This document shows, piece by piece, positions 42,313 through 55,011 of a stretch of DNA of 64,000 nt. Origin of the DNA: Macrostomum lignano (Eukaryota); assembly GCA_002269645.1 (NCBI GenBank), contig NIVC01002934.1, positions 1 through 64,000 of the forward strand, given 5' to 3'. The number at the start of each line of letters is the position of its first letter. Within the stretch, counting starts at the first letter, position 1. Under the pieces are notes generated by a model that saw only the letters and a program-made list of their open reading frames with translations, had not been told where the DNA came from and did not search any database. Made by a program: the position numbers and the translations under genes.

Positions 42313-42831
42313 CTTTTGTCTACCTAATCTACTTATCTGTCTGTCTACTTACCTAATCCACTTGGTCTATCTGTCTACCATATCTACCTACATATCCATC
42401 CAATTTGTCTACCTGTATATCTGCCTTTTTTACATATCTACCTATTTTATCTACCTACCTATCTACTTACTTATCTACCTGCCCTTTCTACCTATTTTAT
42501 CTGCCTAACTAGTTTATCTATTTACCTACATGTGGTTCCAACCTGTTTATCTATCTCAATATGTATTATAAATGTAAATAATGCCGAAAATTTAAGTAGT
42601 AATCAGCCACAGCTGGTTATATAAATCATGTCAATTAAAATCGAGTTGGCGCCATACTCAATGCACGTTGAGCAATGGCAGTTGTATGTATATTAATGGC
42701 TTCCAGGTGTTAGCAATTACTGACCGAAAATTTCAGTAAACAATGGAACTACATGTACTTATAGCAAGCAGTAGCTACATGCAATTGCAATTCCAACTTC
42801 AACATGACCAAGAAGCAATTCATTGTCGTCG

Positions 42832-44330
42832 AGTGTCCGATTGTCCGAATAAAAGTGTCCGATTGTCCGAATTAATGTGTCCGATTGTCATAAATAAATG
42901 TGTCCAGGATTGTCCGAATAAATGTGTCCGATTATCTGAATAAATGTGTCCATGATTGTCCGAATAAATGTGTCCGATTATCTGAATAAATGTGTCCGAT
43001 TATCTGAATAAATGTGTCCATGATTGTCCGAATAAATGTGTCCGATTATCTGAATAAATGTGTCCGATTGTCCGAATGAATGTGTCCGATTGTCATGAAT
43101 AAATGTGTCCATGATTGTCCGAATAAATGTGTCCGATTGTCTGAATAAATGTGTCCGATATTGTCATAAATAAATGTGTCCGATTGTCTGAACAAATGTG
43201 TCCGATTGTCCGAATAAATGTGTCCGATTATCTGAATGAATGTGTCCGATTGTCCGAATAAATGTGTCCGATTGTCCGAATAAATGTGTCTGATTGTCCG
43301 AATAAATGTGTCCGATTGTCTGAATAAATGTGTCCGATATTGTCATAAATAAATGTGTCCGATTGTCCGAATAAATGTGTCCGATTATCTGAATGAATGT
43401 GTCCGATTGTCCGAATAAATGTGTCCGATTGTCCGAATAAATGTGTCTGATTGTCCGAATAAATGTGTCCGATTGTCATAAATAAATGTGTCCGATATTG
43501 TCATAAGTAAATGTGTCCGATTGTCATAAATAAATGTGTCCGATTGTCCGAATAAATGTGTCCGAATTTCATAAATAAATGTGTCCATGATTGTCCGAAT
43601 AAATGTGTCCGATTGTCCGAATGAATGTGTCCAATTGTCATAAACAAATGTGTCCGATTGTCCGAATGAATGTGTCCGATTGTCATGAATAAATGTGTCC
43701 ATGATTGTCCGAATAAATGTGTCCGATTGTCTGAATAAATGTGTCCGATATTGTCATAAATAAATGTGTCCGATTGTCTGAACAAATGTGTCCGATTGTC
43801 CGAATAAATGTGTCCGATTATCTGAATGAATGTGTCCGATTGTCCGAATAAATGTGTCCGATTGTCCGAATAAATGTGTCTGATTGTCCGAATAAATGTG
43901 TCCGATTGTCTGAATAAATGTGTCCGATATTGTCATAAATAAATGTGTCCGATTGTCCGAATAAATGTGTCCGATTATCTGAATGAATGTGTCCGATTGT
44001 CCGAATAAATGTGTCCGATTGTCCGAATAAATGTGTCTGATTGTCCGAATGAATGTGTCCAATTGTCATAAATAAATGTGTCCGATTGTCCGAATAAATG
44101 TGTCCGATTGTCATAAATAAATGTGTCCATGATTGTCCGAATAAATGTGTCCGATTGTCCGAATAAATGTGTCCGATTGTCCGAATAAATGTGTCCGATT
44201 ATCTGAACAAATGTGTCTGATATTGTCATAAATGAATGTGTCCGATTGTCCGAATAAATGTGTCCGATATTGTCATAAATGAATGTGTCCGATTGTCCGA
44301 ATAAATGTGTCCGATTGTCGAATGAATGTA
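42832..44330. repeat. 22-bp minisatellite (GTCCGATTGTCCGAATAAATGT)
   Basis: About 65 copies; most contain AATAAA on the + strand. Confidence 0.96.
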
Positions 44331-44376
44331 TCCGGGTGTATAGATAGATGTGTCAGAGTGTCCCAAGTGTCCGAGC

Positions 44377-44625
44377 TCACGGACCAGCCGTCACACAGAG
44401 CAGCTCTATGCGCTGTCCCGTGTCGCTCAGCTCCTCTGCTACCTCGGCCGTGGAATTGCTGCTGGTTTCTGGCGTCGGATCCGCTGGGACTGTCCGAGCA
44501 CCCTGGCCGGTGTACACCGGACAGTAGGTGTCCGGCGGGCAGGTGCACAACACTTGGCCGCCTGTTCGTCTGCCCTGTTTGTTCAGCGACTCCCCGTAGC
44601 AGGCCTGGGCCGCGTCGCAGGGGGG
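44377..44625 (-). CDS. Argos/giant-lens-like secreted Cys-rich protein, exon 4/4 (module 3)
   Basis: Acceptor GCCCGCAG|CCC, phase 0; PPCDAAQAC...VLCTCPPDTYCP...IELLC; TGA. Confidence 0.75.
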   Translation of the reverse strand, partial: PPCDAAQACYGESLNKQGRRTGGQVLCTCPPDTYCPVYTGQGARTVPADPTPETSSNSTAEVAEELSDTGQRIELLCVTAGP

Positions 44626-44639
44626 CTGCGGGCACAAAG

Positions 44640-44815
44640 TTGGGATCTGAACTGGGGGATCGGATTGGGGATCTGGTTTGGGGATCTAAATTGGGGATCT
44701 GAATTGGAAACCTGAATTGGGGATCTGAATTGGGGATCTGAATTGGGGACCTGGATTGGGGATCCGAAATTGGGGATCTGAATTTGGGATCTGAATAGAG
44801 GATCTGGATTCGGGA
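44640..44815. repeat. 12-bp minisatellite (GGGGATCTGAAT) in intron 3 of the Argos-like gene
   Basis: About 14 degenerate copies. Confidence 0.85.
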
Positions 44816-44968
44816 TTAACGAGCGTAAGGTTGTTTGGTTTTGAAAACTTTGGAATTCAGATTGCAAGCTCTTCATTGGAAATGCAAATTCAGATTGGGA
44901 TTAAGGAAATGATTTGACCGAATTGGAACTACAAATTTAGAACCAGGGATCAGTCCTCATCAGCTCAC

Positions 44969-45225
44969 CATCCTGCCGCAGGCGAACTCCACAATCTGGT
45001 TGCGCAGCCTCTCTCCCATCTCCAGCGGCTCGGCGTAGCGAAATCTCCGAATGCTGGCCGGCCCGGTCTCGGCCGCGCAGCGGCACCGGGGCGCCTCGTG
45101 CAGGTCGATCCACCAGCCCGTCTGGCGCAGCGCGAAGGCGCCACCGCCGCTGGTCGGGCAGAACGGGGCGCCGGGCCGGAAAATCGGAGCGCAGAACTGC
45201 AGCTGAATTTCACTGTCTCGGATGT
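44969..45225 (-). CDS. Argos-like protein, exon 3/4 (end of module 1 and module 2)
   Basis: Acceptor ACCCGCAG|AC, phase 1; QFCAP...PFC...PRCRC...VEFACGRM; phase-0 donor ATG|GTGAGC. Confidence 0.78.
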
Positions 45226-45244
45226 CTGCGGGTTGGCGTTGAGC

Positions 45245-45801
<557 letters not shown>

Positions 45802-45804
45802 CAC

Positions 45805-45997
45805 CCTCAGATCCCAGCCAGGTCAGTGTGATGGATTTGTCGGTGGTTATCCAGCTCCAGTCGCAGTTGACCTCGTGCTGGCAGCTGCACCGTCTCTCCC
45901 TGTACACCCGGTCGGAGACGCCCAGACTGACGGCCGTCGGGGAGTCCCAAAATCCGCCGCGCTCCAGGTATGCGCAGGGGCACCGCATACCGCTCGG
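45805..45997 (-). CDS. Argos-like protein, exon 2/4 (module 1)
   Basis: Acceptor AACCGCAG|CCG, phase 0; MRCPC...RERRCSCQHEVNC; phase-1 donor G|GTGAGA. Confidence 0.75.
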
Positions 45998-46021
45998 CTG
46001 CGGTTGGAGCAAGGCAATAAC

Positions 46022-47050
46022 TGACACCGCATAGAACAGATGACCACAGCATGACACCCAATAGAACCCATGACCACAATATGACACCCGATGGGACCCA
46101 TGACCATAGCATGACACCCAATAGAACCCATGACCACAGCATGACACCGCATAGAACAGATGACCACAGCATGACACCCAATAGAACCCATGACCACAAT
46201 ATGACACCCGATAGAACCCATGACCACAGTATGACACCCAATAGAACCCATGACCACAGCATGACACCGCATAGAACAGATGACCACAGCATGACACCCG
46301 AAAGAACCCATGACCATAGCATGACACCCGATAGAACCCATGACCATAGCATGACACCCGATAGAACCCATGACCATAGCATGACATCCAATAGAACCCA
46401 TGACCACAATATGACACCCGATAGAACCCATGACCACAGTATGACACCCAATAGAACCCATGACCACAGCATGACACCGCATAGAACAGATGACCACAGC
46501 ATGACACCCGATAGAACCCATGACCACAGCATGACACCCGATAGAACCCATGACCATAGCATGACATCCAATAGAACCCATGACCACAGCATGACACCCG
46601 ATAGAACCCATGACCACAATATGACACCCGATAGAACCCATGACCACAATATGACACCCGATAGAACCCATGACCACAATATGACACCCGATAGAACCCA
46701 TGACCACAGCATGACACCAGATAGAACCCATGACCACAATATGACACCCGATGGAACCCATGACCATAGCATGACACCCGATAGAACCCATGACCATAGC
46801 ATGACACCCGATAGAACCCATGACCACAATATGACACCCGATGGAACCCATGACCATAGCCTGACACCCGATAGAACCCATGACCATAGCATGACACCCG
46901 ATAGAACCCATGACCACAATATGACACCCGATGGAACCCATGACCATAGCCTGACACCCGATAGAACCCATGACCATAGCATGACACCCGATAGAACCCA
47001 TGACCACAATATGACACCCGATAGAACCCATGACCACAGCATGACGCCCG
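46022..47050. repeat. 30-bp minisatellite forming almost all of intron 1 of the Argos-like gene (ATGACACCCGATAGAACCCATGACCACAGC)
   Basis: About 34 copies. Confidence 0.97.
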
Positions 47051-47061
47051 ATGGAACTTAC

Positions 47062-47139
47062 GTCAGTAAAAGCTGCAGCGGCGACTGCGACAGAAGCGGC
47101 CAGCCTCAACAGGTAGATGAAGGGTGCAGTCTGACTCAT
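47062..47139 (-). CDS. Argos-like protein, exon 1/4 (signal peptide)
   Basis: MSQTAPFIYLLRLAASVAVAAAAFTD; phase-0 donor GAC|GTAAGT. Confidence 0.72.
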
Positions 47140-47683
47140 AATTTAATCAAATCAAGATTTCAGTTTCCAGTTCGCTCTAACCAGAATGCGACGCCTCAGT
47201 CTGGTAGTCTGTATCCAGGATCAGGTGGTGCAACACTGTTTTCTATCCCCGTTTTCGGCTCCCTTTTCATTTTTGCAACTTCCCTGACCAGCTTTGTACG
47301 GGGCAGGGCTACGGGTGCATTGGGTCCAGATTCCTTCTTTTAGCATAGAGGGTCACAATGAATCAGTGGCTGATTCCGTCCAATGGTATCTTCTATCACA
47401 CTAGCCACATTGTGGCATTGAAGTAGCGTCCACTCTGGGGTAGAAGGCTGCGATAACCCCTTCACCTCTCTCTTCTAGCTTTGCTCTGTTGGTCCCTTTA
47501 GACTGACATTAGGCTAGAATTTTTGTTGCGCTCCTTGACTGCTTTTGACTGCGAGGCATTTGCAGATTTTGTTGTAATTTTTTATGGTAACAAAGTCAAG
47601 TGATTTCATGTAGTAAAGTTCAACCTCTGAATCCTGCTAGAGTGCATTATGTAGTAAAATGTACTTTAATCTCTCCCTGGAGT

Positions 47684-50600
47684 ATCAATCTTCATCAAAC
47701 CGGTATCAATCTTCATCAAACCGGTATCAATCTTCATCAAACCGGTGTCAATCTTCATCAAACCGGTATCAATCTTCATCAAACCGGTATCAATCTTCAT
47801 CAAACCGGTATCAATCTTCATCAAACCGGTATCAATCTTCATCAAACCGGTATCAATCTTCATCAAACCGGTGTCAATCTTCATCAAACCGGTGTCAATC
47901 TTCATCAAACCGGTATCAATCTTCATCAAACCGGTGTCAATCTTCATCAAACCGGTGTCAATCTTCATCAAACCGGTATCAATCTTCATCAAACCGGTGT
48001 CAATCTTCATCAAACCGGTATCAATGTTCATCAAACCGGTATCAATCTTCTTCAAACCGGTGTCAATCTTCATCAAACCGGTATCAATCCTCATCAAACC
48101 GGTATCAATCTTCATCAAACCGGTATCAATCTTCATCAAACCGGTATCAATCTTCATCAAACCGGTATCAATCTTCATCAAACCGGTGTCAATCCTCATC
48201 AAACCGGTGTCAATCCTCATCAAACCGGTGTCAATCCTCATCAAACCGGTATCAATCTTCATCAAACCGGTATCAATCTTCATCAAACCGGTATCAATCT
48301 TCTTCAAACCGGTATCAATCTTCATCAAACCGGTGTCAATCTTCATCAAACCGGTGTCAATCTTCATCAAACCGGTATCAATCCTCATCAAACCGGTGTC
48401 AATCCTCATCAAACCGGTGTCAATCTTCTTCAAACCGGTGTCAATCTTCTTCAAACCGGTGTCAATCTTCTTCAAACCGGTGTCAATCTTCATCAAACCG
48501 GTATCAATCCTCATCAAACCGGTATCAATCTTCATCAAACCGGTGTCAATCTTCATCAAACCGGTATCAATCCTCATCAAACCGGTATCAATCTTCTTCA
48601 AACCGGTGTCAATCCTCATCAAACCGGTGTCAATCTTCTTCAAACCGGTGTCAATCCTCATCAAACCGGTATCAATCTTCATCAAACCGGTGTCAATCTT
48701 CATCAAACCGGTATCAATCCTCATCAAACCGGTATCAATCCTCATCAAACCGGTATCAATCTTCATCAAACCGGTGTCAATCTTCATCAAACCGGTATCA
48801 ATCCTCATCAAACCGGTATCAATCTTCTTCAAACCGGTGTCAATCCTCATCAAACCGGTGTCAATCTTCTTCAAACCGGTGTCAATCTTCTTCAAACCGG
48901 TGTCAATCTTCATCAAACCGGTGTCAATCCTCATCAAACCGGTATCAATCTTCATCAAACCGGTGTCAATCTTCATCAAACCGGTATCAATCCTCATCAA
49001 ACCGGTATCAATCCTCATCAAACCGGTATCAATCTTCATCAAACCGGTGTCAATCTTCATCAAACCGGTATCAATCCTCATCAAACCGGTATCAATCTTC
49101 ATCAAACCGGTGTCAATCCTCATCAAACCGGTATCAATCTTCATCAAACCGGTATCAATCTTCTTCAAACCGGTGTCAATCTTCTTCAAACCGGTGTCAA
49201 TCCTCATCAAACCGGTGTCAATCCTCATCAAACCGGTATCAATCTTCATCAAACCGGTATCAATCTTCATCAAACCGGTATCAATCTTCATCAAACCGGT
49301 GTCAATCTTCATCAAACCGGTATCAATCTTCATCAAACCGGTGTCAATCTTCTTCAAACCGGTATCAATCTTCATCAAACCGGTGTCAATCTTCTTCAAA
49401 CCGGTGTCAATCTTCATCAAACCGGTATCAATCCTCATCAAACCGGTATCAATCTTCATCAAACCGGTATCAATCTTCATCAAACCGGTATCAATCTTCA
49501 TCAAACCGGTATCAATCTTCATCAAACCGGTGTCAATCCTCATCAAACCGGTGTCAATCTTCATCAAACCGGTGTCAATCCTCATCAAACCGGTATCAAT
49601 CTTCATCAAACCGGTATCAATCTTCATCAAACCGGTATCAATCTTCTTCAAACCGGTGTCAATCTTCATCAAACCGGTATCAATCTTCTTCAAACCGGTA
49701 TCAATCTTCATCAAACCGGTATCAATCTTCATCAAACCGGTATCAATCTTCATCAAACCGGTGTCAATCCTCATCAAACCGGTGTCAATCTTCATCAAAC
49801 CGGTGTCAATCCTCATCAAACCGGTATCAATCTTCATCAAACCGGTATCAATCTTCATGAAACCGGTATCAATCTTCATCAAACCGGTATCAATCTTCAT
49901 CAAACCGGTATCAATCTTCATCAAACCGGTGTCAATCTTCATCAAACCGGTATCAATCTTCATCAAACCGGTATCAATCCTCATCAAACCGGTATCAATC
50001 TTCATCAAACCGGTATCAATCTTCTTCAAACCGGTGTCAATCTTCATCAAACCGGTATCAATCTTCATCAAACCGGTGTCAATCTTCTTCAAACCGGTAT
50101 CAATCTTCATCAAACCGGTATCAATCCTCATCAAACCGGTATCAATCTTCATCAAACCGGTGTCAATCTTCATCAAACCGGTGTCAATCTTCATCAAACC
50201 GGTATCAATCCTCATCAAACCGGTGTCAATCCTCATCAAACCGGTGTCAATCTTCTTCAAACCGGTGTCAATCTTCTTCAAACCGGTGTCAATCTTCTTC
50301 AAACCGGTGTCAATCTTCATCAAACCGGTGTCAATCCTCATCAAACCGGTATCAATCTTCATCAAACCGGTGTCAATCTTCATCAAACCGGTATCAATCC
50401 TCATCAAACCGGTGTCAATCCTCATCAAACTGGTATCAATCTTCATCAAACCGGTGTCAATCTTCATCAAACCGGTATCAATCTTCATGAAACCGGTGTC
50501 AATCTTCATCAAACCGGTATCAATCCTCATCAAACCGGTATCAATCTTCATCAAACCGGTATCAATCTTCATCAAACCGGTGTCAATCTTCTTCAAACCG

Positions 50601-51243
50601 GTATCAATCTTCATCAAACCGGTGTCAATCTTCTTCAAACCGGTGTCAATCTTCTTCAAACCGGTATCAATCTTCATCAAACCGGTGTCAATCTTCATCA
50701 AACCGGTATCAATCCTCATCAAACCGGTATCAATCCTCATCAAACCGGTATCAATCCTCATCAAACCGCTGTCAATCCTCATCAAACCGGTGTCAATCCT
50801 CATCAAACCGGTATCAATCCTCATCAAACTGGTGTCAATCCTCATCAAACCGGTGTCAATTCTCATCAAACCGGTATCAATCCTCATCAAACCGGTATCA
50901 ATCCTCATCAAACCGGTGTCAATCTTCATCAAACCGGTATCAATCTTCATCAAACCGGTATCAATCTTCATCAAACCGGTGTCAATCTTCATCAAAACGG
51001 TGTCAATCTTCATCAAACCGGTATCAATCTTCATCAAACCGGTATCAATCCTCATCAAACCGGTATCAATCTTCATCAAACCGGTATCAATCTTCATCAA
51101 ACCGGTGTCAATCTTCATCAAACCGGTGTCAATCCTCATCAAACCGGTATCAATCTTCATCAAACCGGTATCAATCCTCATCAAACCGGTATCAATCTTC
51201 TTCAAACCGGTATCAATCCTCATCAAACCGGTATCAATCTTCA
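47684..51243. repeat. 21-bp minisatellite, ~170 copies (TATCAATCTTCATCAAACCGG)
   Basis: No indels apparent over 3.6 kb; explains the four >700-aa track ORFs. Confidence 0.98.
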
Positions 51244-51614
51244 GTAACCAATGTCACATATACAATGCACTTTAGACACAATGTACTTTAAATTGTACAT
51301 TGTACATTGTACACTTTAAATGTACACGTATGAATCAATTAAGAGGGCTTATATAAAATTTGTACGCAATGGCTTTAACATGAGACAATCGTACATAAAT
51401 GTACTTAATTTTTTATAGTTTTGCAAAAAGAGCGCATAAGTAAACTAGACAGTGGATAGTTATTGTGGCAGTAACAGACTGATCAGAGATTATCTGGACA
51501 AACTTAGTTTGTAATTAAGTAGTTTTTAACGGCGTCAGAATTACAACTTAAAATCATCGTCTGCAAAAGGTTAGGAAAATTTTAATTAAAATATTTTATT
51601 TAAGTTAAATGGCG

Positions 51615-52190
51615 CCAAACGTTTTGCAGATTATGACGCCAAATGATATTTACTCGTAGATTGTGGCGTGAAAAGACACCCAGATTATGGCGCCAAATGA
51701 TACCCAAATTGTGGCGCCAAGTGTTAACCAGATTGTGGCGCCTAACGATATTTATATTGTGGCGCCAAATACTATTCAGATTGTGGCACAAAATGATACC
51801 CAGATTGTGGCGCCAAATGATATTTAGATTGTGGCGTGAAAAGACACCCAGATTGTGGCGCCAAATGATACCCAGATTGTGGCGCCAAATGATATTTATA
51901 TTGTGGCGTGAAAAGACACCCAGATTGTGGCGCCAAATGATACCCAGATTGTGGCGCCTAACGATATTTATATTGTGGCGCCAAATACTATTCAGATTGT
52001 GGCACAAAATGATACCCAGATTGTGGCGCCAAATGATATTTAGATTGTGGCGTGAAAAGACACCCAGATTGTGGCGCCAAATGATACCCAAATTGTGGCG
52101 CCAAGTGTTAACCAGATAGTGGCGCCAAACGATACCCAAATTGTGGCGCCAAGTGATAACCAGATAGTGGCGCCAAATGATGCCAAGATT
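51615..52190. repeat. 24-bp minisatellite (GATTGTGGCGCCAAATGATACCCA)
   Basis: About 24 copies; about 12 contain GGCGCCAAA. Confidence 0.94.
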
Positions 52191-52649
52191 ATGGGTATCA
52201 TCACATCCTTTAAGGTTTTAAAGTTCAAAAGTGGAAAATATAAAAAATCCGCATTGAGATTCTTTCAGAAATAAACATTACAGAAATGACAGCGTCATAA
52301 AGGTCATAGAAGGTTCAGATTATCCAGGGCAAAAAGGAACTGTAGATGTCCAGTTCACAGCACGCATTCAATAAGTTGAACGGTAAACTCAACAGTAACT
52401 CTTAGCAACTGGTACATCCAGAAAATGGGTAAAAAATTAATAAGGGTAATAGCATCGAAAACTCGCTACTCAAAAATAAATATATTGTGTAATAGTTGTT
52501 GACATCAGGTAAAATAAAAGAGCGCTTCAACCCAAAAAATATTATTATTAATTTATAGCATTTATGCGATGGAATCTGGTTCAGACAGGCTTCCTATCAA
52601 GCACATTGTTATCTTAGTAGTCTGGCCAAGTCCCCAGACCGCCGCCGAC

Positions 52650-52691
52650 TCAGTGGTGTTGTCGACCTTGACGTTCGAAGAACATGAAGTC
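52650..52691 (-). CDS. PLSCR: Phospholipid scramblase, coding exon 5/5
   Basis: CTTCCAG|GAC; DFMFFERQGRQHH-stop, the canonical scramblase C-terminus. Confidence 0.9.
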   Translation of the reverse strand, partial: DFMFFERQGRQHH

Positions 52692-52935
52692 CTGGAAGTG
52701 GAGTGAAGATGCTCAGCTGCTTAGCCAATGAGAATCGAATTTGGGGAAGGGGGTAGATAAGGGGAGTTCAATAATATCTAAAAGTACAGAGCCCATTACG
52801 TTAACTCCTGAAAGCACACAAGCGCGCCATACTGTAAGCAGCCACGCACTCACGCACACGCTCACACAGGGTGTAAAGTGGCCCTGACTGTCTATTCGTC
52901 AGGCATGTACATTCTCTGTTGCTCCAAGCACTTAC

Positions 52936-53097
52936 GATCAGAAAGCAGGCGCCCAGAATGACAGTCTTGGCCTTGACGTCGAGGTCGCGCGGAAAAGTGA
53001 TACCGAAATTGTCGGCATCGGTGAAATATTCCTGCAGCAGGTTGCTCCACTGCTTGGACACGCGCCCGATCTCGTTGCTGCCGTCTTTCGACATCAG
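52936..53097 (-). CDS. PLSCR: Phospholipid scramblase, coding exon 4/5
   Basis: IGRVSKQWS...FTDADNFGITFPRDLDVKAKTVILGACFLI; donor |GTAAGT. Confidence 0.95.
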
Positions 53098-53174
53098 CTG
53101 TGCGGGGGTGAGGTAAGCAAATCATTTATAGATTTGTTCAGAGTGTTAGAAAAGTACACTTGTACTTTAATTGG

Positions 53175-53495
53175 GAATCCAACTGAACTGACCCCGATTT
53201 TCAAAAAGCACAGAAATCCAACTCAAGTGACCTTGGGGAGTGGAAATCTGACCTGAAGTGACCTTGAGGAGCGGAAATCCAACTGAAGTGACCTTGAGGA
53301 GTGGAAATCCAAGTGTAGTGACCTTGAGGAGCGGAAATCCAACTGAAGTGACCTTGAGGAGTGGAAATCCAACTGAAGTGACCTTGGGGAGTGGAAATCC
53401 GACCTGAAGTGACCTTGAGGAGCGAAAATCCAACTGAAGTGACCTTGAGGAGTGGAAATCTAACTGAAGTGACCTTGAGGAGTGGAAATCCAACT
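53175..53495. repeat. 30-bp minisatellite A in scramblase intron (GGAAATCCAACTGAAGTGACCTTGAGGAGT)
   Basis: About 10 copies. Confidence 0.92.
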
Positions 53496-53611
53496 ATGAA
53501 GGGTGAAGTCCAAATACTAATGATCTTGATGAGGGAAACCCTAACCTAACTAACACATTGAGTGATGAAAAGTGAGTCATTGGTAAACGAATGATAGCTA
53601 GCTGCACTCAC

Positions 53612-53937
53612 CCTAAACGGAATGTCGTCTCCAGGGCAGTAGCACTTCATGTAGGATGGCCCGTCAATCACAAGCACGGTTTCATCGTTCTCGTCGCAGA
53701 TGTGGTACATGGCCTGGCAGGAGCCGTACACCTGCACCACCTTGCCGACCTTGTTACCGGGCGGGGCCTCAACCGTGACTTCGTCAAAGCAGAACTTGAA
53801 GCAGGAGCACACCTGGTGGTAGCACATGCACTTGTAGGGCCGGCTAACGTGGATCACCTCGGTGCCGAAGTTGTCCTCGATGGCCAGCTCGAAGGGTCGC
53901 TGCGGACCGCAGCACTGACGAACGCACGTATCCGAGG
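53612..53937 (-). CDS. PLSCR: Phospholipid scramblase, coding exon 3/5
   Basis: AACACAG|CC, phase 1; SDTCVRQCCGPQRPF...Cys cluster KCMCYHQVCSCFKFC...EAPPG...IDGP; donor AGG|GTGAGT. Confidence 0.93.
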
Positions 53938-54121
53938 CTGTGTTGGGTCGATGGCATGTGTAAGTGGGGTAAGCTTTTATCTGGTTGCCAAGGACCACTG
54001 ACAGTAAGAAGATGTACGAGTGTAAAAATTATAAAACATAAAAAACTATACTATTCAGGCTCAGGCTTGCAACAATAAACTGAGTTATTGCTTATAGTCT
54101 GGACTACCAAAGATCAATTAA

Positions 54122-54566
54122 AAAATCCGATCAATGTGACCTTGATGAGTGGAAATCCGATCAATGTGACCTTGATGAGTGGAAATCCGATCAATGTGAC
54201 CTTGATGAGTGGAAATCCGGTCAATGTGACCTTGATGAGTGGAAATCCGGTCAATGTGACCTTGATGAGTGGAAATCCAATCAATGTGACCTTGATGAGT
54301 GGAAATCCAATCAATGTGACCTTGATGAGTGTAAATCCGATTGAAGCAACCTTGATGGATAGAAATCCAATCCAATTGACCTTGATGAGTGGAAATCCTG
54401 TCAATATGACCTTGATGAGTGGAAATCCGATCTATGTGACCTTGATGAATGGAAATCCTATCAATGTTACATTGATGAGTGGAAATCCAATCAATGTGAC
54501 CTTGATGAGTGGAAATCCAATCAATGTGACCTTGATGAGTGGAAATCCAATCAATGTGACCTTGAC
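54122..54566. repeat. 30-bp minisatellite B in scramblase intron (GGAAATCCGATCAATGTGACCTTGATGAGT)
   Basis: 15 copies; same layout as array A. Confidence 0.95.
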
Positions 54567-54933
54567 GAATTCATACTCACAAACAAAAATCAAATAAGAA
54601 TTCTGGCCGTGCCTATCTCCTTTAGTGTATTTTTGTTCTAAAATTAAATTTTAAGCACAATTTAGAACTCATTACTTTTAGTATTTACATGTACATGTAG
54701 TACAAACGATGCTGATTTCGAAGTGTTTACCAGCCATTGGACGCTAGTGACGTCATCAAAGGACGTTAAAAACCATTAACCCGCATTCTCGTTTCTGATT
54801 GGCTGGCCAATTCGTAGTTTTATTTGTTTAAGGCTAAACTCGACAATGCGTCATCTACGCTCGTAAATCAGTTATACCAATATAAAATACTAAATTCCAA
54901 TTTCGTGAGCTGTAGAAAAAAACAAAAACTCAC

Positions 54934-55011
54934 ACTCCTTGGCATAGTAGACGCGCTGACCAACCGAATTCTGCACCACGTATTTGTTCTGCATTTCAAA
55001 GCCGGACATCA
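54934..55011 (-). CDS. PLSCR: Phospholipid scramblase, coding exon 2/5 (78-nt exon absent from ORF track)
   Basis: TTCCAG|TG; (M)MSGFEMQNKYVVQNSVGQRVYYAKE supplies the conserved GFE..NKY...N..GQ.VY.A.E segment; phase 1/1; donor T|GTGAGT. Confidence 0.9.

Noticed and set aside
47600-51275. ORFs of 733-1215 aa in four frames
   Set aside because: They are translations of a stop-free 21-bp tandem unit, with no domain, no splice context and no frame preference.
53938-53998. N-terminal MVLGNQIKAYPTYTCHRPNT of track ORF 53546..53998
   Set aside because: It does not match the scramblase family; the conserved segment is supplied by the 78-nt exon at 55011-54934, so this stretch is intron.
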